Below, piece after piece: positions 56,411 through 64,000 of a stretch of 64,000 nt of DNA. Each line of letters begins with the position of its first letter. Position 1 is the stretch's first letter. The stretch comes from an uncultured Lentisphaeraceae bacterium (lineage in GTDB: Bacteria; Verrucomicrobiota; Kiritimatiellia; RFP12; UBA1067). The position numbers and the translations under genes are program-made. The notes beneath the pieces were generated by a model. The model was not told the origin of the DNA. It searched no databases and worked only from the letters and a program-made list of their open reading frames with translations. The stretch covers positions 16,875 through 80,874 of the forward strand of contig CAYTWE010000001.1 in assembly GCA_964440985.1 (NCBI GenBank), read 5' to 3'.

Positions 56411-56758
56411 ATGAATTGCCGAGAGCCAGAACTGCACTCGTGGAACGCCACGGCGGACTCCCTTGCGGCGGAAATGACCTTTCCCCCTGACGGCGAGTGG
56501 TTTGCCGGACACTTCCCCGGATTCCCTGTGCTTCCGGGCGTGGCGCAGCTCTTCTTCACGCGACGTTTCGCCCAGCGCGCATTTCCGGATTTCCCTGACG
56601 CCGCATCGTACCGGCGAATCAAGTTCAAACGGCTGGTGCGTCCAGGCGAACGGGTGCGCCTTGAAGTCCTGAGACGCGGCGCCGGCTCCTTCACGTTCAA
56701 CATGTCCGTGGACGGGGAGATTGCGTCAAGCGGCTCGGTGGAGGGCCTCTCGAAATGA
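56411..56758 (+). CDS. Small hotdog-fold dehydratase subunit (FabZ/FabA-like His motif)
   Basis: GHFPGFPVLPGV (FabZ catalytic-His motif) but no LEAMAQ-type Glu block; 115 aa; ATGA overlap with the next gene. Confidence 0.6.
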   Translation: MNCREPELHSWNATADSLAAEMTFPPDGEWFAGHFPGFPVLPGVAQLFFTRRFAQRAFPDFPDAASYRRIKFKRLVRPGERVRLEVLRRGAGSFTFNMSVDGEIASSGSVEGLSK

Positions 56759-57231
56759 ACGGCATCGCAGGTTCACTCCTTGAACTGCTGCCGCACCGTC
56801 CGCCGATGACGATGCTGTCGGATGTGGTTTCGGTTGACGGACAGGGAAGAGCCGTTGCCGTGGCGGACGTTTCGGAAGATTCAATATTCCACGACTCCGC
56901 CCTTGGCGGCGTACCGGCCTGCGCCGCAGTCGAATACATGGCGCAGACCGTCGCCCTCATTGTCGGCGACAGGCACCGCAGAAGCGGCGAAACGCCTAAA
57001 GTCGGCTTCCTTCTCGGAACAAGAAAACTCGACGTGTCCATTCCTTCATTCAAAAGCGGAACGCGATACGAGGTGACGGCAAACTGCATCTATTCGGATG
57101 ACGAGTTCGCGTCGTTCGACTGCACGATAACCGATCCAGACGGGGCAACTGTCGCATCCGCAACGCTTACGGCGTTTCAGCCGCCGGGCGATCCCGAAGA
57201 GTTTGCCGAGAAAATGAAGGAGCGTGGATGA
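56755..57231 (+). CDS. FabZ-like 3-hydroxyacyl-ACP dehydratase (hotdog fold)
   Basis: N-terminal LLELLPHRPPMTMLSDVV (compare FabZ LPHRYPFLLVD); ..IFHDSALGGVPACAAVEYMAQTVALI (His plus the Glu block); 158 aa. Confidence 0.7.
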   Translation: MNGIAGSLLELLPHRPPMTMLSDVVSVDGQGRAVAVADVSEDSIFHDSALGGVPACAAVEYMAQTVALIVGDRHRRSGETPKVGFLLGTRKLDVSIPSFKSGTRYEVTANCIYSDDEFASFDCTITDPDGATVASATLTAFQPPGDPEEFAEKMKERG

Positions 57232-57279
57232 TCCACATTTCGTACGCGGTTCACGTTCCGCGCATGGAGTTCAATCAAC

Positions 57280-57963
57280 ATGGGAAATGAAAAGAAAGTC
57301 ATCGTGACCGGTTCGAGCCGCGGCATAGGCAAGGCCATTGCCGAAACACTTTCAAAGGCCGGCTACAGCGTCGTCACACATTCCGTAAGATCGGGCGGCA
57401 CCGATCTCGTGTTCGACGTCTCCGACCGCGCAGCAGCAGCAGCGGCGCTCGGCAAGTGGATAGAGGAGAACGGCGCACCGTACGGCGTTGTGCTGAACGC
57501 CGGCATCGCGTGTGACAATGCGTTTCCCGCGATGGAGGATGACGAATGGGATCGCGTCGTCAGGACGGATCTCGACGGATTCTACAACGTCCTCAAGCCA
57601 CTCGTCCTTCCCATGGTGCAGACCCGCGCCCCAGGAAGGATTGTGGTCATCTCGTCCCTCTCCGGCGTGATCGGGAACCGGGGCCAGACCAACTACGCCG
57701 CCGCCAAGGCCGGCGTTATCGGGGCGGCGAAATCGCTGGCGATTGAGCTTGGGAGACGAAACATAACGGTGAACTGCGTCGCTCCGGGCGTCATTGAAAC
57801 TGAAATGACGGAAGCGATTCCCGAAAACGAAGTCAAGAGCGTGATACCGATGCGCCGCTTCGGACGCCCTGAAGAGGTGGCCGCCGCCGTGGAGTTCCTG
57901 CTTTCTGATGGCGCATCGTACATCACACGCCAGGTGCTGCAGGTGAATGGAGGCATGATTTGA
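57280..57963 (+). CDS. 3-oxoacyl-ACP reductase (SDR family, FabG-like)
   Basis: VIVTGSSRGIGKAIAETL (TGxxxGIG), NAG, catalytic S..YAAAKAG (YxxxK); 227 aa. Confidence 0.85.
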   Translation: MGNEKKVIVTGSSRGIGKAIAETLSKAGYSVVTHSVRSGGTDLVFDVSDRAAAAAALGKWIEENGAPYGVVLNAGIACDNAFPAMEDDEWDRVVRTDLDGFYNVLKPLVLPMVQTRAPGRIVVISSLSGVIGNRGQTNYAAAKAGVIGAAKSLAIELGRRNITVNCVAPGVIETEMTEAIPENEVKSVIPMRRFGRPEEVAAAVEFLLSDGASYITRQVLQVNGGMI

Positions 57964-59189
57964 AGCGCAGGGTGGCAATAGTCGGCGAGGGCATCGTAAG
58001 TTCACTCGGACATTCGCCAGATGAGGCGTATTCAAGGCTGAAGACTCTCCGCAACTGCGTGAAGGTGTCGGACGACCTTGCTTCATACAAGGGGCTTCAC
58101 ACGAAGCTGTGGGCGCCGTGCGGATATGTCCGCCCGGCGGAATACACACGCAAGACCATCCGCACGATGAGTCCGGTATCCGAAATGGCGCTCTTTGCGA
58201 CTGAACGCGCATTGGCCGATGCCGGGCTGCTCGAAGACGCCGCCACACTAAAAGGCGGACGGCTCGGCGTGGCGTACGGCTCATGCTCCGGCGGCGTAGA
58301 GGCGAATCTCGACTTCGCAAGCATTCTCGTGAACCGCGAAGTCAAGAACGTCACAAGCTCCACCTACATCAAGATGATGCCGCAGACGACGGCGGTGAAC
58401 CTTTCCGTACATTTCGGAACGACGGGGCGGCTGCTCCCGACGGGGACGGCCTGCACGTCGGGATCGCTCGCCATCGGTGAGGCGTATGAGGCAATCGCCT
58501 ACGACAGGCAGGACATCATGATAGCCGGCGGGGCAGAGGAGTTCTCCGTCACGCAGGTTGCGGTGTTCGACACCCTCTTCTCCGCGTCATGCAAAAACGA
58601 CAAGCCGGAGAACACCCCGTGCGCGTTCGATGTGTCGCGCTCTGGACTTGTCATAGGCGACGGTGCGGCGACGCTCATTCTCGAAGAGATGGAACACGCA
58701 AAGGCGCGTGGCGCAAGAATCATCGCCGAAGTCGTGGGATTCGGACTGAACACCGACGGCCGCCACGTCACCCAGCCAAATGCGGACACCATGTCAAACG
58801 CACTTTCGCTGGCGCTTGAGGATGCCGCCCTGCCGCCGTCCGCAATCGGGTACGTGAACGCCCACGGTACGGCCACAGTGCTCGGCGACATCGCGGAGGG
58901 CACAGCCACCCAACGCGTGTTCGGAAGCGGCAATGTGCCGGTGTCGACGATAAAGAACTACACCGGGCATACCCTCGGCGCATGCGGCGCGATAGAGGCG
59001 ATAATGACCGTGGAGATGATGCGCAACGGATGGTTCGCGCCAAATCTCAACCTTCACGAACCCGACCCGCGATGCGGTGAAAACGACTTCATAATGGGCG
59101 ATGGACGGATGGTTGACGCCGAATACGCGATGTCGGACAACTTTGCGTTCGGCGGCGTGAACACCTCATTGATTTTCAGGCGGATGTGA
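57960..59189 (+). CDS. Beta-ketoacyl-ACP synthase I/II (FabB/FabF-type KAS)
   Basis: Active-site Cys GTACTSGS, His NAHGTATVLGD, His/Lys block NYTGHTLGACGA. TTG start at 57960 overlapping the fabG-like stop. 409 aa. Confidence 0.88.
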   Translation: MKRRVAIVGEGIVSSLGHSPDEAYSRLKTLRNCVKVSDDLASYKGLHTKLWAPCGYVRPAEYTRKTIRTMSPVSEMALFATERALADAGLLEDAATLKGGRLGVAYGSCSGGVEANLDFASILVNREVKNVTSSTYIKMMPQTTAVNLSVHFGTTGRLLPTGTACTSGSLAIGEAYEAIAYDRQDIMIAGGAEEFSVTQVAVFDTLFSASCKNDKPENTPCAFDVSRSGLVIGDGAATLILEEMEHAKARGARIIAEVVGFGLNTDGRHVTQPNADTMSNALSLALEDAALPPSAIGYVNAHGTATVLGDIAEGTATQRVFGSGNVPVSTIKNYTGHTLGACGAIEAIMTVEMMRNGWFAPNLNLHEPDPRCGENDFIMGDGRMVDAEYAMSDNFAFGGVNTSLIFRRM

Positions 59190-59248
59190 AACGCCATGCG
59201 GCGTCGCCCGCATTGATGGCGACAGACAGCAAAGAAAGGACATAACCT

Positions 59249-60643
59249 ATGACGATAATGCAGATGACCGCAATTGCGGCGGTGATGGCGGCGACGGTCG
59301 CATCGGGTCGGCCAGTGCCGCGTCCGGCACTCGTGGAACGCATGGAGAAAGGGCCGAACATCATCGGCATCGTGCATTGGGGACTTAACACCTACTCCGA
59401 CCGCGAATGGGGATACGGGGATGAAGATCCGAAGACACTTGCGCCCTCCGCATTTGACGCAGATCAGATAGTCTCCGCGTGCAAGGATGGAGGAATCGGC
59501 GGGCTTGTCATCGTCGCAAAGCACCATGACGGCTTCTGCCTGTGGCCGACGAAGACGACCGGACACAACATCTCGAAGTCTTCTTTCCGCAACGGCAAGG
59601 GAGACTACGTGAAGGAGATGGAGCAGGCCTGCCGCAGGGCCGGGATCCGCTTCGGCGTGTACGTCTCACCATGGGACCGCAATGCACCGGACTACGCCTC
59701 TCAGTCCTATGTTGAGAAGTATCATGCACAGATCAAGGAACTTCTGAGCGGGGACTATGGCGAGGTGTTCGAAATGTGGTTCGATGGCGCAAACGGCGGA
59801 AACGGCTGGTACGGAGGCGCAAAGGAAGTCCGCAGGATCCCGAACGGCTACTACCGGTTTGACGAGGTGTTCGCATTCGTCCGCGCACTGCAGCCCAAGG
59901 TGTGCATCTTCGCAGGCGAGTATGACGCATCCGATTTCCGCTGGCCGGGCAACGAACGCGGAATGCTCGACCCTGAATCACGTGCGACGATCGAAACCGT
60001 GGGCGGATACGCAAACGGAAAGTACGGCAACCCGAACTACAAGGGGCAGATCAACACCGGCTCTCCTGACGGCACGTTCTTCCGCGTGTGCGAGGCGGAC
60101 TTCCCGATGCGCCCCGGCTGGTTCTACCATGCCAAGGACAAAGGCCGCACCAAGAACGCCGCCTTCCTGATGCAACGCTACCTGACCACCGTCGGCAACG
60201 GCGGCACGATGAACTTGGGCATTGCCCCCAACCGCGAAGGACGACTTGACGACGAGGACGTGAACGCCCTGCGCGGATTCAGCGCACTCCGCAAGGCGTA
60301 CTTCTCCCGTCCGGTCAAGGATGGCAAGGCGAATCTCGCCGTTCTGCGCGAGGACATCTCGAAGGGCGAACAGATAAGCTCATGGAAGATCGTCGCGGGG
60401 GATTCGGTTCTCGCATCGGGGAAGGTCGTAGGCTGTGAACGCATCCGCGCACTTGCCGCCGCGACCGACGTGGCCCGAATCTCCCTCAAGACCGAGGGTG
60501 GCGACGTAAAGTCGGCTGAATACTACAACGTAGATCCGGAACTCGTCGAGCTTGTCGCGAACGCGACGGCAGAGGGCGGAGAGACGGATACGGCCAAGTG
60601 GATGACCGGCGCCGCAAAGGAGCCTGCCAGTTCACGGAAGTGA
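59249..60643 (+). CDS. Secreted alpha-L-fucosidase (GH29)
   Basis: VIVAKHHDGFCLWPT (GH29 nucleophile-region motif), signal-like N-terminus, RBS AAAGAAAGGA; 464 aa. Confidence 0.8.
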   Translation: MTIMQMTAIAAVMAATVASGRPVPRPALVERMEKGPNIIGIVHWGLNTYSDREWGYGDEDPKTLAPSAFDADQIVSACKDGGIGGLVIVAKHHDGFCLWPTKTTGHNISKSSFRNGKGDYVKEMEQACRRAGIRFGVYVSPWDRNAPDYASQSYVEKYHAQIKELLSGDYGEVFEMWFDGANGGNGWYGGAKEVRRIPNGYYRFDEVFAFVRALQPKVCIFAGEYDASDFRWPGNERGMLDPESRATIETVGGYANGKYGNPNYKGQINTGSPDGTFFRVCEADFPMRPGWFYHAKDKGRTKNAAFLMQRYLTTVGNGGTMNLGIAPNREGRLDDEDVNALRGFSALRKAYFSRPVKDGKANLAVLREDISKGEQISSWKIVAGDSVLASGKVVGCERIRALAAATDVARISLKTEGGDVKSAEYYNVDPELVELVANATAEGGETDTAKWMTGAAKEPASSRK

Positions 60644-60656
60644 CCGGCTGAGCGAT

Positions 60657-60693
60657 GCGGGGATCGCGCATATTCCTGATTCGCGATCCCCGC
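60657..60693. promoter_or_regulatory. Perfect 12-bp inverted repeat hairpin (GCGGGGATCGCG-N13-CGCGATCCCCGC) immediately after the fucosidase stop codon, with no U-tract
   Basis: Seen directly in sequence. Could be a terminator-like stabiliser or a protein-binding palindrome. Confidence 0.4.
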
Positions 60694-60855
60694 GCAACCG
60701 TCACCTTCCCGCATCGGTACGAACACGGCGTACCGCAGCCTTCCATCGAACAGCCGAACAGCAAGGCGGCAACACAGAGGGCAATCAATGCCGCTGATGC
60801 CATGCACCTTTGCGATGAGTGTTCTCATGCCGCGAATTATCTGAAATCCAGATTG

Positions 60856-60888
60856 CGGCAACATTGTCCCCACATTGCCATTTGGCAA
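60856..60888 (+). repeat. Copy A of a nested-dyad motif: GCGGCAACATTG tcccca CATTGCCATTTGGCAA
   Basis: Contains TTGCCA-tt-TGGCAA (a perfect 6-2-6 dyad) and an upstream GGCAA-ca-TTGTC half-dyad. 16/16 identity to copy B over CATTGCCATTTGGCAA. Confidence 0.6.
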
Positions 60889-60904
60889 GCAGGACAACAT
60901 CACG

Positions 60905-60936
60905 AAAAACGCATCTGGCAAGCGGCAGCTTGCGCG
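60905..60936 (-). terminator. Putative terminator after the HAD hydrolase gene
   Basis: Minus strand: GCAAGC tgcc GCTTGC, then 8 nt, then TTTTT. Weak because of the long stem-to-U spacing. Confidence 0.35.
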
Positions 60937-60944
60937 ACACGGCG

Positions 60945-61595
60945 TCACTCTTCCGGCTTGAGGTAGCGCAGAAGTTCGTCAAAGCGGCGAAGCTTGACGG
61001 TGCAGCGGCTTTCGTTCAGCCGCCCGAAACCGAACGAGCAGAACGCAGTCTTGATTCCGGCGGCACACCCGCTCTCCATGTCCGTCCAGTTGTCGCCCAC
61101 CATCCAGTCGTGAGCCGACAGTCGATGCCCGCGCATACGCGCTGCGCACTCGCGGAGCGGAAGCCCCGACGGTTTCATCTCGGCGCAATCACCGCCGGCA
61201 ACGACGGCATCGCCGAAATACTGCAGGATCCCGTAATGAGACAGCAGGTCTCTTGCGGCGAAATTTGGCTTGTTGGTGTTTACGCCCATGAGCCAGCCGC
61301 GATCCGCAAGTTCCGCAAGCGTCCGGCGGACGCCCGGATAAAGCACCGTCTCGTCTGTCATGTGGGCGCGGTAGTTCGCGCTGAACATTGGCCAAAGTTC
61401 ATCAAACCTTCCGGCGATTTCGGGGATTGCGTTTTCAAGAAGATGCCTTGCACCGCACCCTACGAAACCGATGACGGACTCCTGCGGCAGTGTACACAGT
61501 CCAAGATCCCTGCGTGTGTAGTTCACGGCATTCGCAAGATCAGCCCGCGAATCGAAAAGCGTACCGTCCATGTCGAAAAATACGGCGTTCATCAT
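60945..61595 (-). CDS. HAD-superfamily hydrolase (phosphoglycolate-phosphatase-like, subfamily IA)
   Basis: Motif I FFDMDGTLFDS, motif III/IV ..MVGDNWTDMESGCAAGI. Start at ATG 61595 (MMNAVFF); the track start is a TTG at 61610. No clear SD. Confidence 0.7.
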   Translation of the reverse strand: MMNAVFFDMDGTLFDSRADLANAVNYTRRDLGLCTLPQESVIGFVGCGARHLLENAIPEIAGRFDELWPMFSANYRAHMTDETVLYPGVRRTLAELADRGWLMGVNTNKPNFAARDLLSHYGILQYFGDAVVAGGDCAEMKPSGLPLRECAARMRGHRLSAHDWMVGDNWTDMESGCAAGIKTAFCSFGFGRLNESRCTVKLRRFDELLRYLKPEE

Positions 61596-61786
61596 GTTGC
61601 TGCGAGGCAAACCAGCCGCCTGAATCGGCGACCCATCTGCCTTTTGCTCCTTGTTTCTGTCTGCTGCTCCACAAACCAGCCACGTTCGCCGCTGCGCACG
61701 GTGCGGTCAGTGAACGCGGATTATAGCAGAAACGCCAAACCGTCCGCAAACCGCCTCCGGCATACGGCATCTGTCGGCGACATACG

Positions 61787-62020
61787 TCACGATTCCGACG
61801 CCGGAATCGCAGACCATGCGGCGCGGCGGGACGTCATGGCTATGCGCACTGCCTCTGCCTTGCCGACGTTCACCGGAAGATAAAGTGCACGGATGGACGG
61901 CGATTCCCGTTCGAGAAATGCCAGCATCTCAGCCGTTGAATCCGCGAATCCGTCATCGACGAACTGGAGCCTCAAGCCCAACGTGCACCGTTTGATGAAT
62001 TTGACATTGGACCTCTTCAT
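61787..62020 (-). pseudogene. Remnant of a family-2 glycosyltransferase (N-terminal ~75 aa only)
   Basis: LQFVDDGFADSTAEMLAFLERESPSIRALYLPVNVGKAEAVRIAM matches the GT2 head (VDDGS.D.T..h...., then R..GK..A...G). The ORF then terminates; only ~175 nt remain before the next gene, so the catalytic DxD half is absent. Confidence 0.4.
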
Positions 62021-62094
62021 GCAAGGAACAGCAAGAAGCGGCCACGGAAGAGCCATGCCGCGAAGTATGTTCGCCGTACATGACTGGGACATTG

Positions 62095-62116
62095 CCGCAA
62101 CATTGCCATTTGGCAA
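62095..62116 (+). repeat. Copy B of the nested-dyad motif: CCGCAACATTGCCATTTGGCAA, preceded by another CATTGCC at 62090-62096
   Basis: CGCAA-ca-TTGCC-att-TGGCAA: two overlapping inverted repeats sharing the central TTGCCA. Same orientation as copy A, 1.24 kb downstream of it. Confidence 0.6.
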
Positions 62117-62140
62117 TCCTCCGGCAGGTTGAGATGCGCC

Positions 62141-62169
62141 TTGACCCGTGATTCGCCTTTCGGTATATT
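62141..62169 (+). promoter_or_regulatory. Sigma70-like promoter for the patatin gene (TTGACC-N17-TATATT)
   Basis: ccTTGACCcgtgattcgcctttcggTATATTgcg. The copy-B dyad centre lies about 66 nt upstream of the predicted TSS. The 5'UTR is about 78 nt, with GGAGGAG at 62241-62247. Confidence 0.45.
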
Positions 62170-62253
62170 GCGCACACATCGGCATTGAAACGGCCTGCTC
62201 AGGGTGTTCCGACAGGACGCAGAAGCAGGTTAGGTTCAGCGGAGGAGCGGACA

Positions 62254-63048
62254 ATGGGAAAAAGGATAGGATTGGCTTTAGGCGGCGGCGGTGCGCGTGG
62301 GCTTGCGCATCTCGGCGTGTATGAACGCTTGACCGAACTGGGCATACCGCTGCATTGCATAGCCGGAACGTCCATAGGCGCAATCGCCGGTGCAATCATC
62401 GCCTCTGGGAACGTCGGAAAGGCGCTTGACTGGTGCAACGCACCGGACTGGAAGAAATTTCCGGGGCTGATGCTTGAAACGCATTTCACGGCGAAAGCCA
62501 TAACATCCGGAAGAAGGATCGAGCGGCTTCTTGCCGAACTTATCGTGGTTCAAAGTTTTGACGGCCTGAACCTTCCATTTGGTGCTGTGGCGACAGATCT
62601 GAACACTGGTGACGAGGTGGTGATGCGCGATGGGGATCTGCTTTCGGCGGTCCGCGCCTCCATATCCATTCCGGGTGTGTTTCTCCCGGTGGAGCGCAAC
62701 GGACGTGTGCTGATCGACGGACAGATAGTGAATCCCGTACCGGTGTCGGTGTGTCGTGCGATGGGGGCTGACATCGTCATTGCAGTGGACATCAATCCTC
62801 CGAATCCGCCGTCTGGGGCCAGGCCTCTCGACAGGCTCAGCATAATAGACATCATAAGCGGTACGTTCACCATCCTGAACTGCGAACTTACGAAGCGTGT
62901 GCTTTCAGAGAATCCGCCCGACGCTCTGATACGTCCGGCCGTAGGCGGCGTGATGGCACTCGACTTCCGCCATGCCGAGCGTCTTGTCGAGATCGGGCGG
63001 CAGTCGGTTGACGACAGGATCGCGGCTGAACTGCTTGCCCTGCTCTAA
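62254..63048 (+). CDS. Patatin-like phospholipase (RssA/YchK type)
   Basis: GLALGGGGARGLAHLGV (oxyanion G-G-G-x-R/K-G), GTSIGAIAG (GxSxG nucleophile), DGGxxxNxP-like IDGQIVNPVP (Asp dyad partner). Start at ATG 62254 with GGAGGAG upstream. Confidence 0.85.
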   Translation: MGKRIGLALGGGGARGLAHLGVYERLTELGIPLHCIAGTSIGAIAGAIIASGNVGKALDWCNAPDWKKFPGLMLETHFTAKAITSGRRIERLLAELIVVQSFDGLNLPFGAVATDLNTGDEVVMRDGDLLSAVRASISIPGVFLPVERNGRVLIDGQIVNPVPVSVCRAMGADIVIAVDINPPNPPSGARPLDRLSIIDIISGTFTILNCELTKRVLSENPPDALIRPAVGGVMALDFRHAERLVEIGRQSVDDRIAAELLALL

Positions 63049-63755
63049 TCTGCGACGGCATCCAGCACAAGATGCGCAAGCGTCATCCCGAACGCGCACG
63101 TCACCGGCATCAGGCTGCCTTTGACGCCACCCGCCGTTTCTGACGGCAGTTCATCCGAATGTACGCACAGGTGCGCCGGAAGCGGCAGTCCGTCTTTTCT
63201 GAATCTGCCGCGAAGGGCGCGGGCAAGACCGTCTCCGGCGATTTTCCTGAACGGCGACACGCAGACCTTCGTCGGATCGGTACGCAGCGCCGCACCCATA
63301 GACGAGAACACTGTCGGCTTGCCGCCGTCTGCACATGAAGAAAGGCAGTGCCTGACAAGGGCGTACTTGCAGTCGACTGAATCAATTGCGTCCACCACAA
63401 AATCCGCACCTGATATGATGCCGTCAAAGCGGGATGCCGTTTCCGGCGTGTAGCGCTCCGCAATCGCGTCGATTTCGGCATCCGGCGACACGTCATGAAG
63501 AATGTCCCGCAGCACTTCGACCTTCATGCGCCCCACCGTTGCGGGAGTGGCTTGACGCTGACGGTTTATGTTCGATACGGCGACAGAATCGTCATCTATC
63601 AGCGTCATTCGCCGCACACCTGTGCGGACAAGCGCCTCCGCACACCATCCGCCTACGCCGCCTACGCCGAATATGACTACTTTCAACCCTGATATGCGGT
63701 TGAATGCGTCTTCACCAAGCAGCGAACGCGAACGTTCAAATATTTCATCCGTCAT
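63045..63755 (-). CDS. tcdA: tRNA threonylcarbamoyladenosine dehydratase (ThiF/MoeB E1-like fold)
   Basis: KVVIFGVGGVGGWCAEALVRTGV..LIDDDSVAVSNINRQ parallels E. coli TcdA/CsdL (GIGGVGSWAAEALARTG..LIDMDDVCVTNTNRQ); 236 aa. Confidence 0.75.
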   Translation of the reverse strand: MTDEIFERSRSLLGEDAFNRISGLKVVIFGVGGVGGWCAEALVRTGVRRMTLIDDDSVAVSNINRQRQATPATVGRMKVEVLRDILHDVSPDAEIDAIAERYTPETASRFDGIISGADFVVDAIDSVDCKYALVRHCLSSCADGGKPTVFSSMGAALRTDPTKVCVSPFRKIAGDGLARALRGRFRKDGLPLPAHLCVHSDELPSETAGGVKGSLMPVTCAFGMTLAHLVLDAVAD

Positions 63756-63820
63756 GCCGCTGTATTATATCACGGACGCGGCGCTATGCCGGCAAGTCCG
63801 TGCGGAACTGCGGTGTGGTG

Positions 63821-63829
63821 TGGTATAAT
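63821..63829 (+). promoter_or_regulatory. Extended -10 TGGTATAAT upstream of the last (partial) gene
   Basis: gtgTGGTATAATtcacgct; the fourth occurrence of this 9-mer family in the window. Confidence 0.3.
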
Positions 63830-63839
63830 TCACGCTGTT

Positions 63840-64000
63840 TTGGCTTCAAACACGATTTTAAGGCTCGCATCTGCGATTGTTATGGCGGCATTGGCGGCGG
63901 ATTCCGCCGGTGCCGACTTTTCCGTTGCGCCGAAATCGGCAACGAGCTCAGATGGTTTCATCCGTGTGGTGGCATACGACAATCCGCGTGACGAGGTTGG
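63840..64000 (+). CDS. 5' end of a gene that runs off the window (hypothetical, possibly secreted)
   Basis: Open frame from TTG 63840 / ATG 63882 to the window end: (M)ASNTILRLASAIVMAALAADSAGADFSVAPKSATSSDGFIRVVAYDNPRDEV. Not in the ORF track because it is edge-truncated. Start codon uncertain. Confidence 0.3.
   Translation, partial: MASNTILRLASAIVMAALAADSAGADFSVAPKSATSSDGFIRVVAYDNPRDEV

Noticed and set aside
60486-60803. Minus-strand ORF beginning MASAALIALCVAALLFGC (lipobox-like) downstream of motif copy A
   Set aside because: Only the first ~50 codons lie in intergenic DNA. The ORF then runs 157 nt antisense into the fucosidase gene with an Arg-rich shadow-frame composition. The SD-like AAGGTG is only 1 nt from the ATG. 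Kept only as a remote possibility of a small lipoprotein.
62254-63755. Patatin-like phospholipase next to an E1-like (ThiF-fold) gene as a possible CBASS/defence module
   Set aside because: The E1-like protein matches the housekeeping tRNA-modification enzyme TcdA closely and is convergently oriented. No cyclase, E2/JAB or other defence partner is present. The patatin is RssA-like.

Overview
High-GC (~62%) bacterial chromosomal window that is mostly core and housekeeping. Best guess for lineage is a PVC-superphylum-like anaerobe (Verrucomicrobia/Kiritimatiellae/Lentisphaerae type), based on PATR beta-helix proteins, Tat-secreted enzymes, many CAZymes and an electron-bifurcating NuoEF-type module. 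This is inference only. The window holds a complete minus-strand tRNA-Thr / tuf / rpmG / tRNA-Trp / secE / nusG / rplKAJL block. Other core genes are pheT, metG, pcnB, era, acpP, prfA, rpmE, dxr, pyrC, pyrE, apt, upp and tcdA. No CRISPR, IS or phage genes were seen. The non-routine content is as follows.
(1) A stand-alone ACP / 2x hotdog dehydratase / KR / KS mini fatty-acid or PKS-like cluster with an orphan ABC ATPase. It lies away from the housekeeping acpP.
(2) A NuoE-like / NuoF-like / (HydA-N-term + GltD)-like three-gene module that resembles Stn/Nfn-type bifurcating transhydrogenases. It is driven from an AT-rich promoter island.
(3) A 1271-aa fusion of a GlgE-like GH13 domain with an amylo-1,6-glucosidase (GDE) domain.
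(4) A glucuronokinase-family GHMP kinase / NDP-sugar pyrophosphorylase / membrane CapD-like dehydratase / pgpA operon.
(5) An era / TPR / exbB / exbD / unknown / pyrE chain joined by 1-4-nt overlaps.
(6) A 501-aa Arg/Asp-rich protein with a single C2H2 zinc-finger motif that overlaps pheT.
(7) A solitary vsr.
(8) A 16-nt exact repeat carrying nested TTGCC-type dyads (CATTGCCATTTGGCAA; plus a shared upstream CAACATTG, ~22 nt in all), present twice in direct orientation. The two copies flank a HAD hydrolase gene and a truncated GT2 remnant, and one copy is centred about -66 of a sigma70-like promoter for a patatin gene.
(9) A recurring extended -10 element TGGTATA(A/C)T placed 7-8 nt before start codons, suggesting leaderless mRNAs.
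(10) L33 (rpmG), a gene below the ORF-track size cutoff.
All calls rest on motif-level reading of the translations and of the sequence. No database search was possible.
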